In this document: one piece after another, positions 1-12,947 of the stretch
How the letters are laid out: each line of letters opens with the position of its first letter
Numbering within the stretch: the stretch's first letter is position 1
NCBI GenBank assembly: GCA_051362555.1
Contig: CM120642.1
Span: 29,636,001 to 29,700,000, forward strand
Direction of reading: 5' to 3'
Origin: Lingula anatina
Taxonomy: Eukaryota > Animalia > Brachiopoda
Length of the DNA stretch: 64,000 bases
Notes under the pieces: model-generated
Databases searched by the model: none
What the model saw: only the letters and a program-made list of their open reading frames with translations
Told to the model about the DNA's origin: nothing
Made by a program: the position numbers and the translations under genes

Positions 1-3000
1 TTTGCTGGGCTCAGAAAAGCTACAGCGACCGCTCAATTGCAATTGCACTTTCATCATTGTAACGTGTGGCTAAGAGAAAATAATGTTATAAAATTTTGGA
101 TGGCAGTTTTAGTAAATGGATATGCCAAAAAATATTATTAAAAAAAAAAAGATTAAACTATATTTTTGGAAAATTTAAACAGATTATGTAGGATAACATA
201 AAGCTTTTAGTAAAACACTATCAAATAGACGGATATTGTTTGTCTCATTATTTCAGTGTGTCGTGGTGTTTGCCAGTATTTGTACTAGTCAGACCACTGT
301 TGTGTAGGTAAAATTGTACTTTAAGCTTGTATAAGCAAGGTTTTCTGATGTTTAAGGTAGATTGTTCTCAAATTTTTAATAAGTTTCAGAGTTAATTTAC
401 GCTTTTATATATTTATTACTTTTATTATGATAATTCATTCTTTCACGAAGTTAATTATTTAGTTAAGTATTTTTGTTTTTTATTTCTTTTATGCCACCTT
501 CAGAACATTTCAACATCTCAGCTATTAATAATCTTGTGCAACTATTGGACTGTGGTATGATTGCATATGTGGGAAAATAAGCTGTTTTAAAAAACTCAGC
601 TGTACTTTACAGCTTTGAAAAGTTATCCATTTCTAATTGTATTCATTCACTCTAAGCGTGTTGCTCCTGCACAGTGTTAAGATTCTTTATTGTTGATAAG
701 TTTTAAGCAGTTTTTGGGCACAAACTCCCTTTTTTGGGACAGCTGTCATAACGTTTCGCTGCTTTTAAAGCGGTGTGGAGTAGTGAATGACTTTCTACGT
801 CACTATAGGTAAGTAAATGACATATCATCATGAAAGTTGGCATGTTTTATTTATTTATTTTTTTTTTGTTTGGTCATAAGAAGTGAGCTCTCAACTGTTT
901 TTTTATTAAACAAAGGTATTTTATAGACTCTTCACCAATGGATTCAGAAGTAAATATTCAAGAAAGGCACCTGATTGTAGTACTTACTGATACAAGTTCT
1001 GTAGTAATGATTACAACTTGGCATGAGCATTCATTGAATGTGGTCATATGCTAAATCAAAGCTACGAATCAGTGAACTGGACTCGTCTACTATTATTGTC
1101 AGTGAATAGCGTTTTTTTCATTTTTTTTGTGCGTGTCATTAAGAAACCAAAAATAACCCTTTTATCTTTTCAATTAACTCTGATTTTAAAATTCTATAAA
1201 AGGTAATTGATTTCCGTGCAGCAATTCATAATAATTACTTGTGGGTTTTTTATATAAAGATTAGATACACATTTAAACGGCCCGGATGCAATAAAAGCGC
1301 CCTGCATGGGCTGTACTCTCACAGAAAGAGAAGTGGGTGTATTTTTCTTTTGACGTTGGACCTTCAACCTATTGAGTAGAAAAAGGTAAACATTTGATCG
1401 GTCGTTTTTATTTACTCAAGTGCTACGTGTTTGACTACTTTTATATACAAACGTTTGTAAAGCAGACAGTTATGGGATGCCGAAGGTTGTTCCGTAGGGT
1501 TATTTTTCAAAAAAATTCTCAATGGGTGCATGGCCATGGTGCCATTGGTACATGTACACAAGCAAAGTCAAAAGTCTGCTACCAACACGATGTTCTCATC
1601 CTTTTTAAAAACCGACAGATATTTTTTCTCTACATTCAGCACAAGGCAATTATTAGTTATTACCCCATTCCATCACTGATTCAGTGAAACGCTTCGTAAT
1701 TATCACGAAGCAGCGTTATTAATGTATTATCAGGTAATTATATAATAGAGATTCTTTTATAGTTGATAGTTCACTTCTCCAAATGCTGTGAAATGTGATG
1801 TGATTTGTGCTGTGTTGTATAAGTGCCAATCTGTAGACCGCGTGCTGATACTACTTCTGCGCAAGCGTTAATTCTTGGAAAGCTATTAGTACTATGAGTT
1901 ATCACTTTTAAATTATTAAAATATGGTCATATGCCAATATTGAAACTACACGTCACTGGCACGAATCATTAAATCTCAAAATCGATCATCTTTATGGCTG
2001 TTTTAGAATTAAGGGTTCTAAATACAGGTTAGGGGTCTAACATAGACTGGCTGCAATTAAACGTTGCATCATTTTTATTTGACTTTGCTTGTGTACCAAT
2101 GGCGCCATGGGTACCCGTTGAGAAATAATTTATTTGAAAATAAACCGACAGTGATTTGTCCACAGTTTACAGAACAGCCTTCTGCATCCTTTAACCGTTT
2201 ATTTTGCAAACTTTTGTATATAAAAATAGTGAAACACGAAACACTTGAGTATATTAAAATCGACCGATTAAATGTTTACCTTTTTCATTTCAATAGGCTG
2301 AAGGTACAAGGTAAAAAAGTACACCCACTTCTCGTTCTCTGATACTGCTGGGGCACTTTTTATTGCATTCAGTCCATATAAAGCTCACCACCTGCTCATC
2401 AAAGCTTTATTGCGCAACATCCAAAAGAATAATTATCATGAATTGCTGCAGGGAACCTTTTATTCAACATTCTAAAATCAAAGTTAATTTACAAGATAAA
2501 AGGGTTATTTTGGGTTTCGAACCGAGACACCCAAAAATGAAAAACAAATATCACCCTTTACCCACTGATAATAATAGTACATGAGTCTAGTTGACTGTGT
2601 ACCTTTGTGACAAACAATCTTACATGTTGACTTGGGACATTGATTCGTAGCTTTGATTTTAACATATGACCATAGGCAATAATAGAATACACATACTAAT
2701 AGCCTTCCGAAACGCCTGAGTAGAAGTTGTATCAGTGAGTATTACAAACAAGTTCCTTTCTTAAAAGTTGACTTCTGATTCATCGGCAAAGAAGCGATGT
2801 ACAGTGTATATGTATTTAGCATGAGTAATCGTTGGATGTGGAACTTTTCTACCCCAAAAAAAGAACATGAACAATTGTACCTGTCCCGCTATTCAATTAG
2901 AGGAATAACACTTAAAGAGGAAGTAACCAAAACTGAGATGAAAAAAGAGCTGTTCTCGAAGTACTTCCATTTAATATTTATCCTCTCCACTTAGTGGGGG

Positions 3001-3949
3001 TGTAACATGAAAATCTGACTCCCATGAAAATCTGACTCCCCCAGTCAGATTTTCATAATAAAAATCTGACACCCCCCATGCAAATTTGACTCCCCCTCCA
3101 CAAAACTACATAAATCTTATTTTACTTGAGTATATCTTGTAGTATATAAAATGGAGGATACATTGGCCCTTTTTTTAGTTTGCAGGTGAAAATTTTCATG
3201 AAAAAATAAGAAAATTAAAAATGTGCACTTAACCGCCCATTGTCTCCCTTATTAAAATAGCTATTTATTTGATTTTGGTTGATCAATTCTACATATTTCC
3301 TTTTAATTTACTTTATGAAGATTATATTATTGTGTATGATGAATAAAAACCTACATGACAGGACACTTTAAAACGCTCTCTATGATACATGTAGCTCTGA
3401 AAAAGTTAATTACAATACTTTGTGTGTTAGTAAAACCGTTTAGTTTTCTTTTTTTACGGTATCCGATAAAATAAACCAATACAGATGCTGTATCAAAAAA
3501 TTTTATTCACTTCAATAGAAAAACGTGTTTGCACTGATGCAGAAAACGTTAAAAACGCACGATAGATTACATTTGTAATACACATTATCATGTAGATAAA
3601 GCATTAGAACACAGTCAAATTAGAGCTGTACATTGCTAGTAGGTTATCTCGCATAATGGCAAACATATAGACAGAGAATTAAAATATCTAAATGATATCC
3701 ATCTTTGTTAAGTATTAAATATTAAAGTTTTGTCCAAAACAGATTTTTATATACAGACTTTTGATATCCCGGAAATTTGCTGGTCTCCTCGCTGGCTATT
3801 ATGTCTAAGTCTCATTAAATTGTCCAATGTGGGTGTCATACATTGTGGGTCTATCAAAAGGATTATTATTTTATAATTTTGAAATATAATGTTGGTACAT
3901 ATCTGCAGGTGTTGATTCAATTCTGACCTGTTGACGTTTAAAATTTAAA

Positions 3950-4757
3950 CTAAAACGTATCATGATAATTATAGCCTATAGCATTCTGACTATCCTTGGA
4001 AGGTGTCATGCCTAGCTGCATCAGAGGTGCTGTTCCTGTAATAAAGACTACGAAGTATGAACGCAAAGAAGAGATTTCTGATACAGGCTCGAAAGTAAAA
4101 TTCCTATATTTAAAAGCATTTCTGTATTTATTTAATATGATAAGAGCAATGAGTAACTCACATTATTAAACTATGTATTTAAATCAAAATGCTTCGAATT
4201 TTGCTGAAATAAACAGCGTTTGGATTTGTAGCTTAAGACAAAAGGGGGTGAAAGACATACCTACTACAAAAAAGTTGAATTCGGCATACATGTCACCCTT
4301 GCGGAGAACACATTTCCCAATCTTTTGATCACATTCAGATGCATCCCTGGCATTAGGATGGACATGGCCACTTTGGCATCTGGTTTTATTGTTACTGTCA
4401 CACGCTAAAGCCAGATTTTCGTTGGCGTGCGTGTGATCGTTAAGACATGAGGAAGGTGTACTACCTGAAGAAAAAACGGTACGTGAAGGCGCCTCCTGGT
4501 AATGTGTTCATTAGTGCAGCTTAATCTGTCAAATGGTAAGTTAATTTAACAACAGATGCATATATTGAGTTTTGATCAGTTAATCAGATTTGGTTAAATC
4601 TGTTGAATGGAAGTGCTGATAATTTGCGAACAAAGAAAATTAATATCATAAGAGAATTTTTTTCGCTTTCATGAAAAATATTAGTAAATGGGCCATGTAT
4701 TATCAAATGTCAAAAAAAAAAAATGCGTACAAGTACAAAAATTGTATATTTACCCAT
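3950..4757 (-). CDS. Small Cys/His-repeat protein, paralog A (97 aa, putatively N-myristoylated), family unassigned
   Basis: Exons 4757-4754 (ATG G|gtaaat), 4464-4261 (204 nt), 4035-3950. Protein: MGSTPSSCLNDHTHANENLALACDSNNKTRCQSGHVHPNARDASECDQKIGKCVLRKGDMYAEFNFFVVGTAPLMQLGMTPSKDSQNAIGYNYDTF*. Canonical splice sites, a TATA/CCAAT-like region upstream, and the same gene structure as three paralogs in this window. Confidence 0.82.
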
Positions 4758-4835
4758 CTTTCGCATTCAAACTTTTCTGCAAACTTGTGTCGTTCTCCAA
4801 TGCTTTCACGCCCTGTGTCTAAACCTGTTCCACAT

Positions 4836-4868
4836 GGACTATATATATATTCAGCTTAGGCCAATCAC
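4836..4868 (-). promoter_or_regulatory. Candidate core promoter (CCAAT box plus TATA-like box) of paralog A
   Basis: Minus strand reads gattggcctaagctgaatatatatatag about 80-110 nt upstream of the ATG. The same arrangement is found upstream of paralog B. Confidence 0.55.
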
Positions 4869-5540
4869 ATTAAGTTCCCGAGATTAAGTCATACTTATTT
4901 TTGTCACCGTGTTGCTTACGTATGTATGACTTCATACTTATTTTTGTCGCTGCTTTTTTGTTGCTGACTTATTTGTGTAACGCTGAGTGCTGTATCTGTC
5001 CGATGAGTGTTCCTTATCTGTGGAGGTATAGGCTATATGAATAAAGAGATCTGAATCTGTTAACATGTAACACCAAACTCTTGAAATGTGTTTTTTTCTT
5101 TAAAATTGGCAGTCATGTAACGAAACAAATGTAGAAATCTGGATGAGGTCATCTCGTCGATTTATTGACCCAAGGCCTGTATAACTAAGCTATGCCTGTT
5201 AAGATACTTCATAGTATATTACCACTTCATGGGATAAGCATTACTACTTCGTGATAGAAGGTATACCATTTTTGTATGAAGTTATTTTCAATTCCGTTCA
5301 CATTTATCACTGGATTAATCACACTGTATTAAACTATAGAACAATTATAGGCTTTGGTTTCAGTCAATTTGTTGTTTTGCTAGACTCTAGAACAGTGAAC
5401 GCTGCACAACATGAGAAAATAATGTTATTAATTTCGGATGGCATTTTAGCAGATGGATATGGCAAATGATACTTTTTACAATGAACGAAAATGCATTTGT
5501 TAGACATTTTAAAAAGATTATTAGGCGTAAGCTTGTATTA

Positions 5541-5748
5541 GACCCCATTCCCAGAGAGTAGATCGATCCAACTAGATCGACCTTACTCCCTGGGGGTTCA
5601 CGCTAAATAGCTGTCAGCCGAGCGGGCGCGAAAGTTAATTACCCCCTTACAGCTTGTTGTAGGCGGGACGGACATTTAAGCCGTATTATCTGACAGTAAT
5701 CTAGTGAGACTCCCCACAGATCGATCTAAAATCTATGGGAATGAGCCC
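5541..5748. mobile_element. PIF/Harbinger (Tourist-like) MITE, copy 1
   Basis: About 210-bp element with imperfect TIRs (gaccccattcccagaga..tagatcgatc / gatcgatctaaaatctatgggaatgagccc) and a TTA target-site duplication. Four near-identical copies occur in this window. Confidence 0.85.
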
Positions 5749-7575
5749 TTAGAACAATATCAAAAAGATGGATTTTGTAAGTTTACTGTTTGTCTCCTTA
5801 TTTTAGTGTGCGGTGGTGTTAGCCAGTTTTTGCACTAGTCAAGACACTTACTAGTGTACACTTACTGAGTACTGTATGTTTGTATAAGCAAGGTTTTCTT
5901 ATCATGTTTAAGATTGTTATTATATTTTTTATAAGTTTCAGAGTTTATTTTACATTTTATTCATTTATTATTCTTCTTATCATAATTCATTTTTTCGTTG
6001 AGTTATTTATTAAGTATCCATTTCTGTTCTTTATTTCTTTAAGCCACCTTCACAGCATTTCAACTCTGCGTTATCTTCTGTAACAAGTGGACTGTGCAGT
6101 GATTGTATATGTGAGCAAATAGCCGCATTTTGAAAACTCTGCTGCACTTTACAGCATTTGAACAGTTTATCAAATTCTAATTGTAAACATCAACTCTAAG
6201 CGTGTTGCTCCTGCACAGTGTATTGAATCTTGGTGGGTGATAAGTTTTAAGCAGTTTTAGAGCACAATCAATCTTTTTCGGTTTATTCACCGTCCCATGG
6301 AACAAAGGGGTCAAAGCGCTAGTCGTCATATTTCGCTGCTTTGTAAAGCGGTGTGCTATAGTGAACGACTTTCAACGTAACGCCCTAACTAAGTAACATA
6401 TTATCATGAAAATTCGCATGGTCAACGACTAGGTAGGCCTATGAACTTAAATCAGGTAAAGTGTTTGATTTATTATTATTTATTTAATATGTGCGAGCTC
6501 TCAATTACGCTGTTTTATTTAAGCCCCCCTAAACACTGACCGTCTGCATCTTTTAACTGCATCCTTTAACTGTTTATTTTGCAAAATTTTGTATATAAAA
6601 ATAGTGAAACACGTAACACTTGAGTAAATTAAATCGACCGATTAAATGTTTACCTTTTTCATTTCAACAGGCTGAAGGTACATGTACAAGGTAAAAAAGT
6701 ACACCCACTTCTCGTTCTCTGAGACTGCAGGGGCAGTTTTTATTGCAATCAGTCCATATAAAGCTCACCAGCTATTCATCAAAGCTTTATTGCGCAACAT
6801 CCAAAAGAATAATGATCATGATTTGCTGCACGGAACCTTTCATTCAACATTCTAAAATCAAAGTTAAATAAAAAGATAAAAGGGTTATTTTGGGTTTCGA
6901 ACCAACACGCACAAAAATGAAAAACAAATATCATCCTTTATCCTCTGTTATAATAGTACGTGAGTCTAGTTGACTGTGCTTCTTTGTCAAACAATCTTAC
7001 ATGTTGACTTGGGACATTATTAGAAGTGTATATATTGATGCACCTTGAAAGATCTACATTATAGTTGTTAAATACAATCCGAGCTTTAGGCCCCTGGGCC
7101 TTCTTCGGGGATTTTGAACAAAAAGTAAAAAAACAAACTCCTAGGATACGTGACGTCGGTGATGTGTTGAAGACATGCGATGGCCCAAAAGCGTTCTATA
7201 CGTAAACAATACGTAAACAACGTAAACAACAATTCTTGGAAAGAGTTATTGCATGAGACATCATTGAATATGTTTTTTTTTGCCAAAAACAAACATGACA
7301 CAAGTCAATATGGGGAACTGTCTAATAAAAGTGGTAAGGTACATGTACCATCATTATATGTGGCTAAAGGGTGACAGTTATTGGTCCATTAGGCGTGTAG
7401 TGGGAAACCTAAGAGAATATGAAATAAAAATTTATTTATTTTTAACTGACACTACAGTGTATATCAATTTTTACACATTTATCTAAAGGCAATATGATTT
7501 TGTACCGTATTTTACAATTAAGAGTAGCTATTTAATTCTGAAATCGAATAACGCTAATTTATTGTCCAAATTCAG

Positions 7576-8463
7576 AGCGGAAGATCACATTCCACACAAG
7601 TTGTTCCGAGATTTGGTTCAACTGGAATTTAGACTTGAGCGACAGTAAGATGACCGCCCTACCAAAAAGGATATTTGCCAAATCAGAATTACTGTCACCT
7701 TTAGAACTGAGTAGAAATGAACTTCATTCACTTCCACCAGAAATCTTAAAAAAAAAAAAACTCCTGCTAACGAAGTATAATACCTGTGTGCCCGCGTCTA
7801 TAGCCGCCCTCGGTGCTGATACATTGTCATGTGTAAAGTGACCAATTCAGAGGGCAATATTGTGAAGGAGATTAGAATAAACACTCACTGTGGTCACAGA
7901 GAGCTTACAATTGTGAAAACAGAAATTCATGCTTTTCGCTCTATAAAAGAATCTCTTTGGGCGCTTGGAGTCGATCGTTTTAGTCTTCCTGGTTTTAATA
8001 ATCGCAGCGCATGCTAATCACCTGAATTGCGTTAAGTGATCCACCACCAGATGTGATTGTGCAATTGTCGTCAGGGCGCAATGCATCTTCTCCAAGGCAT
8101 TCGACAAAATTCTTTAAATATAATACCAGTGTTTCGGCGTCTATAGCCGCCGGCGGTACTGATATATTAGTCATATGTCAAGCGACCAATTCAGAGGGCA
8201 AAGACGAGAAGGAGGTTAGAGTAAATACTCACTGTGGTCACAAAGAGCTTACAATTGTGAAAAAAGAAATTCAGGCTATTCGCTCTATGAAAGAATCTCT
8301 TTGGACCCTTGGACTTCTTTTAGTCTTCCTGGTTTTAATAATCGCAGCGCATGCTATTTCGTCTGAAGTGCGTGGTCATTTTGAACGAGAAATGAACCAC
8401 CGCAATTTTGATACATCCATGATTCAATACAAGAGACGTTTCGAGGCAGCTCCTCATAATTGA
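7576..8463 (+). pseudogene. Decayed LRR-Ig-transmembrane receptor-like gene fragment with an internal tandem duplication
   Basis: After a ttcag acceptor: IPHKLFRDLVQLE/(frameshift)LDLSDSKMTALPKRIFAKSELLSPLELSRNELHSLPPEI, which fits typical extracellular LRR units. Then two copies (about 7770-8015 and 8115-8355) of C(Q)ATNSEG...EVRV, like an Ig F-G strand, followed by hydrophobic LWTLGLLLVFLVLIIAAHA. Frameshifts and large deletions are present. Confidence 0.62.
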
Positions 8464-9599
8464 GTCCCAACTGGCAGTAACCACGCTTAATCTTCGATAG
8501 AAGCTAGAAAGTAGAATTGATTTTATTATGAAAAACATTGTGTTTAAATTAAAATCGAAATTACCATTTTTATTTTCAATTCATGAAATGTATATCCTGG
8601 ACTCTAACACGCCTGAATACACACCTTAAAACTATTCACTGATTGCATAAGAAAAAGAAGTTCAATTTTATGCGTTTTTTAATATTCATTTTACTTTCTG
8701 GAAGTGTGATTGAGCACGGAAACCTCCAGATCACACCTGATATATGATGAATAAAAACCGAACGGATTTTTGATTTTATGTTATTTTATCAATAGAAAAT
8801 CCATCAATAAAGACCTCTTTGCAACCCCACAAATTAAAACGTCTGCACTATGTTGTTTGGGAATTATATATAAAATAGTCTTTTCGGGCGTAAAAATTAC
8901 GTATTTTGGCACTGCCACAGTTATTCAATTTTAGCTTCTAAAATAACTTCATTTCATTTTATTAAAAGGATTCACAATAAAAGCGGCCGGCATCGGCCAA
9001 ATTTCGAACATCATACTTGTGTTTGTCACTTTAATGCTTTTTTTCCGATACCGTATTGAACTTTTTTCGATCAAGGAGACATAAAGATAATGTAAGTGCA
9101 CTTAGTCTCCCAGTAGGAAAATATGTTGCCAATCCTACTTCGTACATTCCCGGGCGTCATTCCAAAGGACCTGAGAGATCTTATCTATTAATGAAAGGTA
9201 ATCGTGCGCAGGCGTTAATTCTTGGAAGGAGTTATTAGCATGAGTCATAACCGAATATGGTCTTTTGCCAAAATCAAAGCTACGACTCAGTGACACAAGT
9301 CAATATGGAGAGCTGTTTGTCTAATAAAAGTGATAAGATACACGTACCATTATTATATGTGGCTTAAGGGTGACAGTTTTAGGTCCATGAAATAATGTTT
9401 TATCTTTTTTTAAATTGACACTTTATCAATCTTTAGATATTTATCTGAAGGCAATATCATTTTGTGCAGTTAAATTGACGTTATTCAACGTCTGTGCAGC
9501 CAAACCTCAAACTTGACTATCTTTATGATCGTTTTGCAATTAAAAGTTGCGCAAATTATTTCTGAAATCGAATAACGTTATTTTCTTGTTCAAACACAC

Positions 9600-9690
9600 A
9601 GTGGAAGATTACATTCCACACAACTTTTTTCCGCGATTTGGTACAGCTGTACTATTTAGACTTGAGCGACAGCAACAAAATCGCGCCACT
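9600..9690 (+). pseudogene. Second truncated copy of the LRR fragment
   Basis: IPHNFF/RDLVQLYYLDLSDSNKIAP is paralogous to 7585-7660. It is preceded by a copy of 7295-7575 (9290-9600) and followed directly by a copy of the 3' flank 8530-8810. Confidence 0.55.
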
Positions 9691-11445
9691 TTTTTTACGA
9701 AAAAACATTATGCTTAAATTGAAAGTGAAGTTATCAATTTTATCTTTAATTCATGGAATATATATCCTGGACTATAATCTGTCTTAATGTACATCTTACA
9801 ACTATTCAGTCGTGCATTAATGGCACAAGAAAAAGAAGTTCCATTTAGTGCATTGTTTTATTTTCATTTTTTTTACTGCCTGGAATTGTGATTAAGTAAG
9901 AGCAGGTAAGACCTGATATATGAGGAATAAAAACCGAACAGTTCTTTATTTTTTATATTGGCATTTAAAAACAAAGAATATTTTATCAATAGAAAATCCA
10001 TCAATAAAGATAGCAAAAGTGCACTTAGTCTCCCAGCAGGAAAATATGGCGCCAATCATACTTCGTATAATTTCGAGCACCATTCCAATGATCCCGAAAG
10101 ATCTTATCTATAAATGCTAGGTAATTGTGCACGGAAAACTGTAAAAGCTTAAGTTACAGTATAGTTAAATGATACATAAAATGAAAGCAGACCTATTCAC
10201 CGGTTATCAAAAACACTGTGAAACTGTATAATTCCTTGAGAACATTTCTTTTGATCATGTTATTGTTAATGTATAATGAAACCATTTTTGTCTTGTTTTG
10301 CTGGGCTCAGGAAAGCTTACAACGACCGCTCAATTACAATTGCACTTTCATCGTTGTGGCCAAGAGAAAATAATGTTATACAATTTCGGTTGGCAATTTT
10401 TAGTAAATGGATATGCCAAATGATATTATTCCCAATTAAGGATAAATGTATATTGTTTTGCAATGACGATTTGATACGAATTTATATGGACCGGATGCAA
10501 TAAAAGCGCCGCAGCACTCTCACAAAAAGAGAAGTGGGTGTACAAGTTTGTTTTTCTTTTTAACTTGTATCTTCAACCTAATGAAAAAAGGTAAACATTT
10601 AATCGGTCTATCTAATTTACTCAAGTGTTATGTGTTTCACTTTTTTATTTACAGAAGTTTGCAAAGAAGACAGTTTAGAAATGCAGAAGGCTGTTCCGTA
10701 AACAGTGGTAGAAATCGCTGTAGTGTTATTTTTCAAATATATTCCCCGACGGGTGACCATGGCGCCAATGGTTCACAAGCAAGGTAAAAAACAACACATA
10801 ACTTTAATCGCAGTCAGTCTGTAAAACCCGTAACCTCTAATAAGAACCCTTAATTGCAAAACGGTCATAAAGTTAATCGATTTTGAGATTCTGCGACAGT
10901 TCTAAATATTGACTTAGGCAACTTACGTGTAGTTTCAATATTGACAAATAATCATGTTCAGTGATTACTTATGTAATTGCTTTCCAAGAATTAACGCCTG
11001 CGCAGAAGTTGTACCAACACGTGGTCTATACCGTAGATTGGCACTTATAGAATATAGCGCAAACCACACCACATTTCACAGCATTCTAAGAAGTTTATTA
11101 TTAACTATAATTTAAAAGAACCTCTATTATATAATTAACTGATAAAAGAAGATTGCAAACTGCATAATACCTTGAAGATTTATTCTTTTGATCATGTTCG
11201 TTGCAGTAGGTACATGCACGGGAGAAGCTTATAGCCACATCATTACTGGGTCTTCAGTATTTTGCCCTGGATTCTGTTAATATGATTGTGACAGTGTCCA
11301 AGAACTTTATTTAATGCTTGTGAAAGCAAGAAGTGAAAGGGTGCCAATTTGCAAATTATACATGTATAATTACAATCTCCTGCCCAACATTAGTTCTATT
11401 GTACAACAATATTTTAACAGTAAACTAATTAATAGGGTGTATCTA

Positions 11446-11485
<40 letters not shown>

Positions 11486-11848
11486 GTACCTCATTTTATC
11501 TTTTTTCTTATTTTTCTTGTTGGTCTGCCTTGTATACTTTTATCTTAATCATAATCTATTAATCATTATATCCATGCTTTTATTTCTGAAATTAACTCAA
11601 ATAATTAATATTCCTATTTCAATGGCTTTTAAAATATATCAATACATCTTATCGTTTACCATTTTTAAAGATGGTTCAGTATCAAACGTTAAGTTTTGCG
11701 TTATGCAAATCAATATTTTCGTGGATGAATTTTGCCAGTCTCTTTGTTTCAAAGTATAGGTATCTAGTCTAATATAAACCATAGGTCTTATTCCAGCCGT
11801 TTTATAATGTTTCCAAATCCATGCACGTTGATGTTTCGATTTTAGTTG

Positions 11849-12749
11849 TTAGTAGTCTACCGCATTCCCAGAAGACCCGGTTAACATTCGTCCGAATCCT
11901 GTCGTGGTATTAGGAGACCTTTCTGTAATATTAAGAACAGAATATGGGTAAAAGAAAGCACTTTTTGATACAGGGTTGAGAGAAAGATATTTATTCAAGT
12001 GAGATTGGTCGGTAACTTTTGTGCTCTATCTAAAGTTAAAGAATGTAAGGGATAACTCACTTAACTAAATTTAACATTGAATCATAAATATCCTTTGGAT
12101 TTTTATCTTAAGACATATGCACAATATAAGTAAAAACAAATAAATACAACATACATAAATTTACAATAAACTCAATGAAAAGAAGGATCGAAAGACATAC
12201 CGAATGAATATACGTTACCATCGATTCTTTGAGCTCCATTTTGGAGTGTTGCTTTTCCAATTCTATCATCGCATTCGGTAACTTCCTTGCCATTGGCATG
12301 CTTATGACCAGAACTGCATGTGGTTGAATTTCTACCGTCACACGCTGCAGCTTCACTTTCACTATTGTGTTTGTGTCCATTGGAACATGTGGAATAAGAA
12401 CCACCTGCAAAGACGTAACGGTAAAAGAAGCCGCATTCTGCTAATGAGTTAATTCAAATTCAAAGTGCAGGTAAATCGATCAGATCATACCTCAATCTAA
12501 TTAAGATAAATCCATTAGGTTATGATTTCTTAATTTGATTCAGTTAAATCAATTTAATGGAAGTGCTAATAATTTGAAAACAAAGGGCGTATATGAACAA
12601 AAAAATACACTTACTTTCCAAAATAAGTAGATAAATAAATAAACACATAAATAATAATTATAATAATAATAATAATAATGATGATGATGATGATGATGAT
12701 GATGAATATACCGTCATATCAAATGGTAAAAAATCGTATATGTACCCAT
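11849..12749 (-). CDS. Small Cys/His-repeat protein, paralog B (93 aa, putatively N-myristoylated), family unassigned
   Basis: Exons 12749-12746 (ATG G|gtacat), 12404-12201 (204 nt; donor GTATGTCTTT identical to paralog A), 11922-11849. Protein: MGGSYSTCSNGHKHNSESEAAACDGRNSTTCSSGHKHANGKEVTECDDRIGKATLQNGAQRIDGNVYSFERSPNTTTGFGRMLTGSSGNAVDY*. Confidence 0.84.
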
Positions 12750-12831
12750 TTTTCTTTTCGGCTTCTACTGCACAGCTGTGTTGCTCTCCAAAGGTTCCAC
12801 CTCTGTGTTCGACTTTGTTCCCATTGTGCCT

Positions 12832-12857
12832 GTTATATATTCAAAACCAACCAATCA
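12832..12857 (-). promoter_or_regulatory. Candidate core promoter (CCAAT box plus TATA box) of paralog B
   Basis: Minus strand reads gattggttggttttgaatatataac. Spacing and the downstream 5'UTR are homologous to paralog A. Confidence 0.55.
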
Positions 12858-12947
12858 TTATCGAGAAACATCACATGATACCTAGTGCTTAGGGGCCGTA
12901 GCAAAAGTCTAACTGATTTTAATATCTACAGACTTGAACATTACCTG

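Larger units (their letters stand above)
1..11140. repeat. Mosaic of local direct and inverted segmental duplications
   Basis: Approximate block matches read by eye. Direct: 1-140 with 10297-10430; 230-910 with 5765-6520; 1270-1575 with 10485-10785; 2165-2640 with 6555-7017 (near identical); 7295-7650 with 9290-9680; 8530-8810 with 9700-10008. Inverted: 900-1560 vs 2090-2790; 1730-2065 vs 10800-11140. Confidence 0.85.

Noticed and set aside
2993-3100. Repeated AAAATCTGACTCCC motifs with an inverted copy
   Set aside because: Probably one end of a DNA transposon, but I found no matching second end or TSD, so it is not called as an element.
12108-12410. 100-aa minus-strand ORF from the track (MQVVLIPHVP...)
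   Set aside because: Wrong frame. The conserved Cys/His repeat exon of paralog B lies in another frame at the same position.
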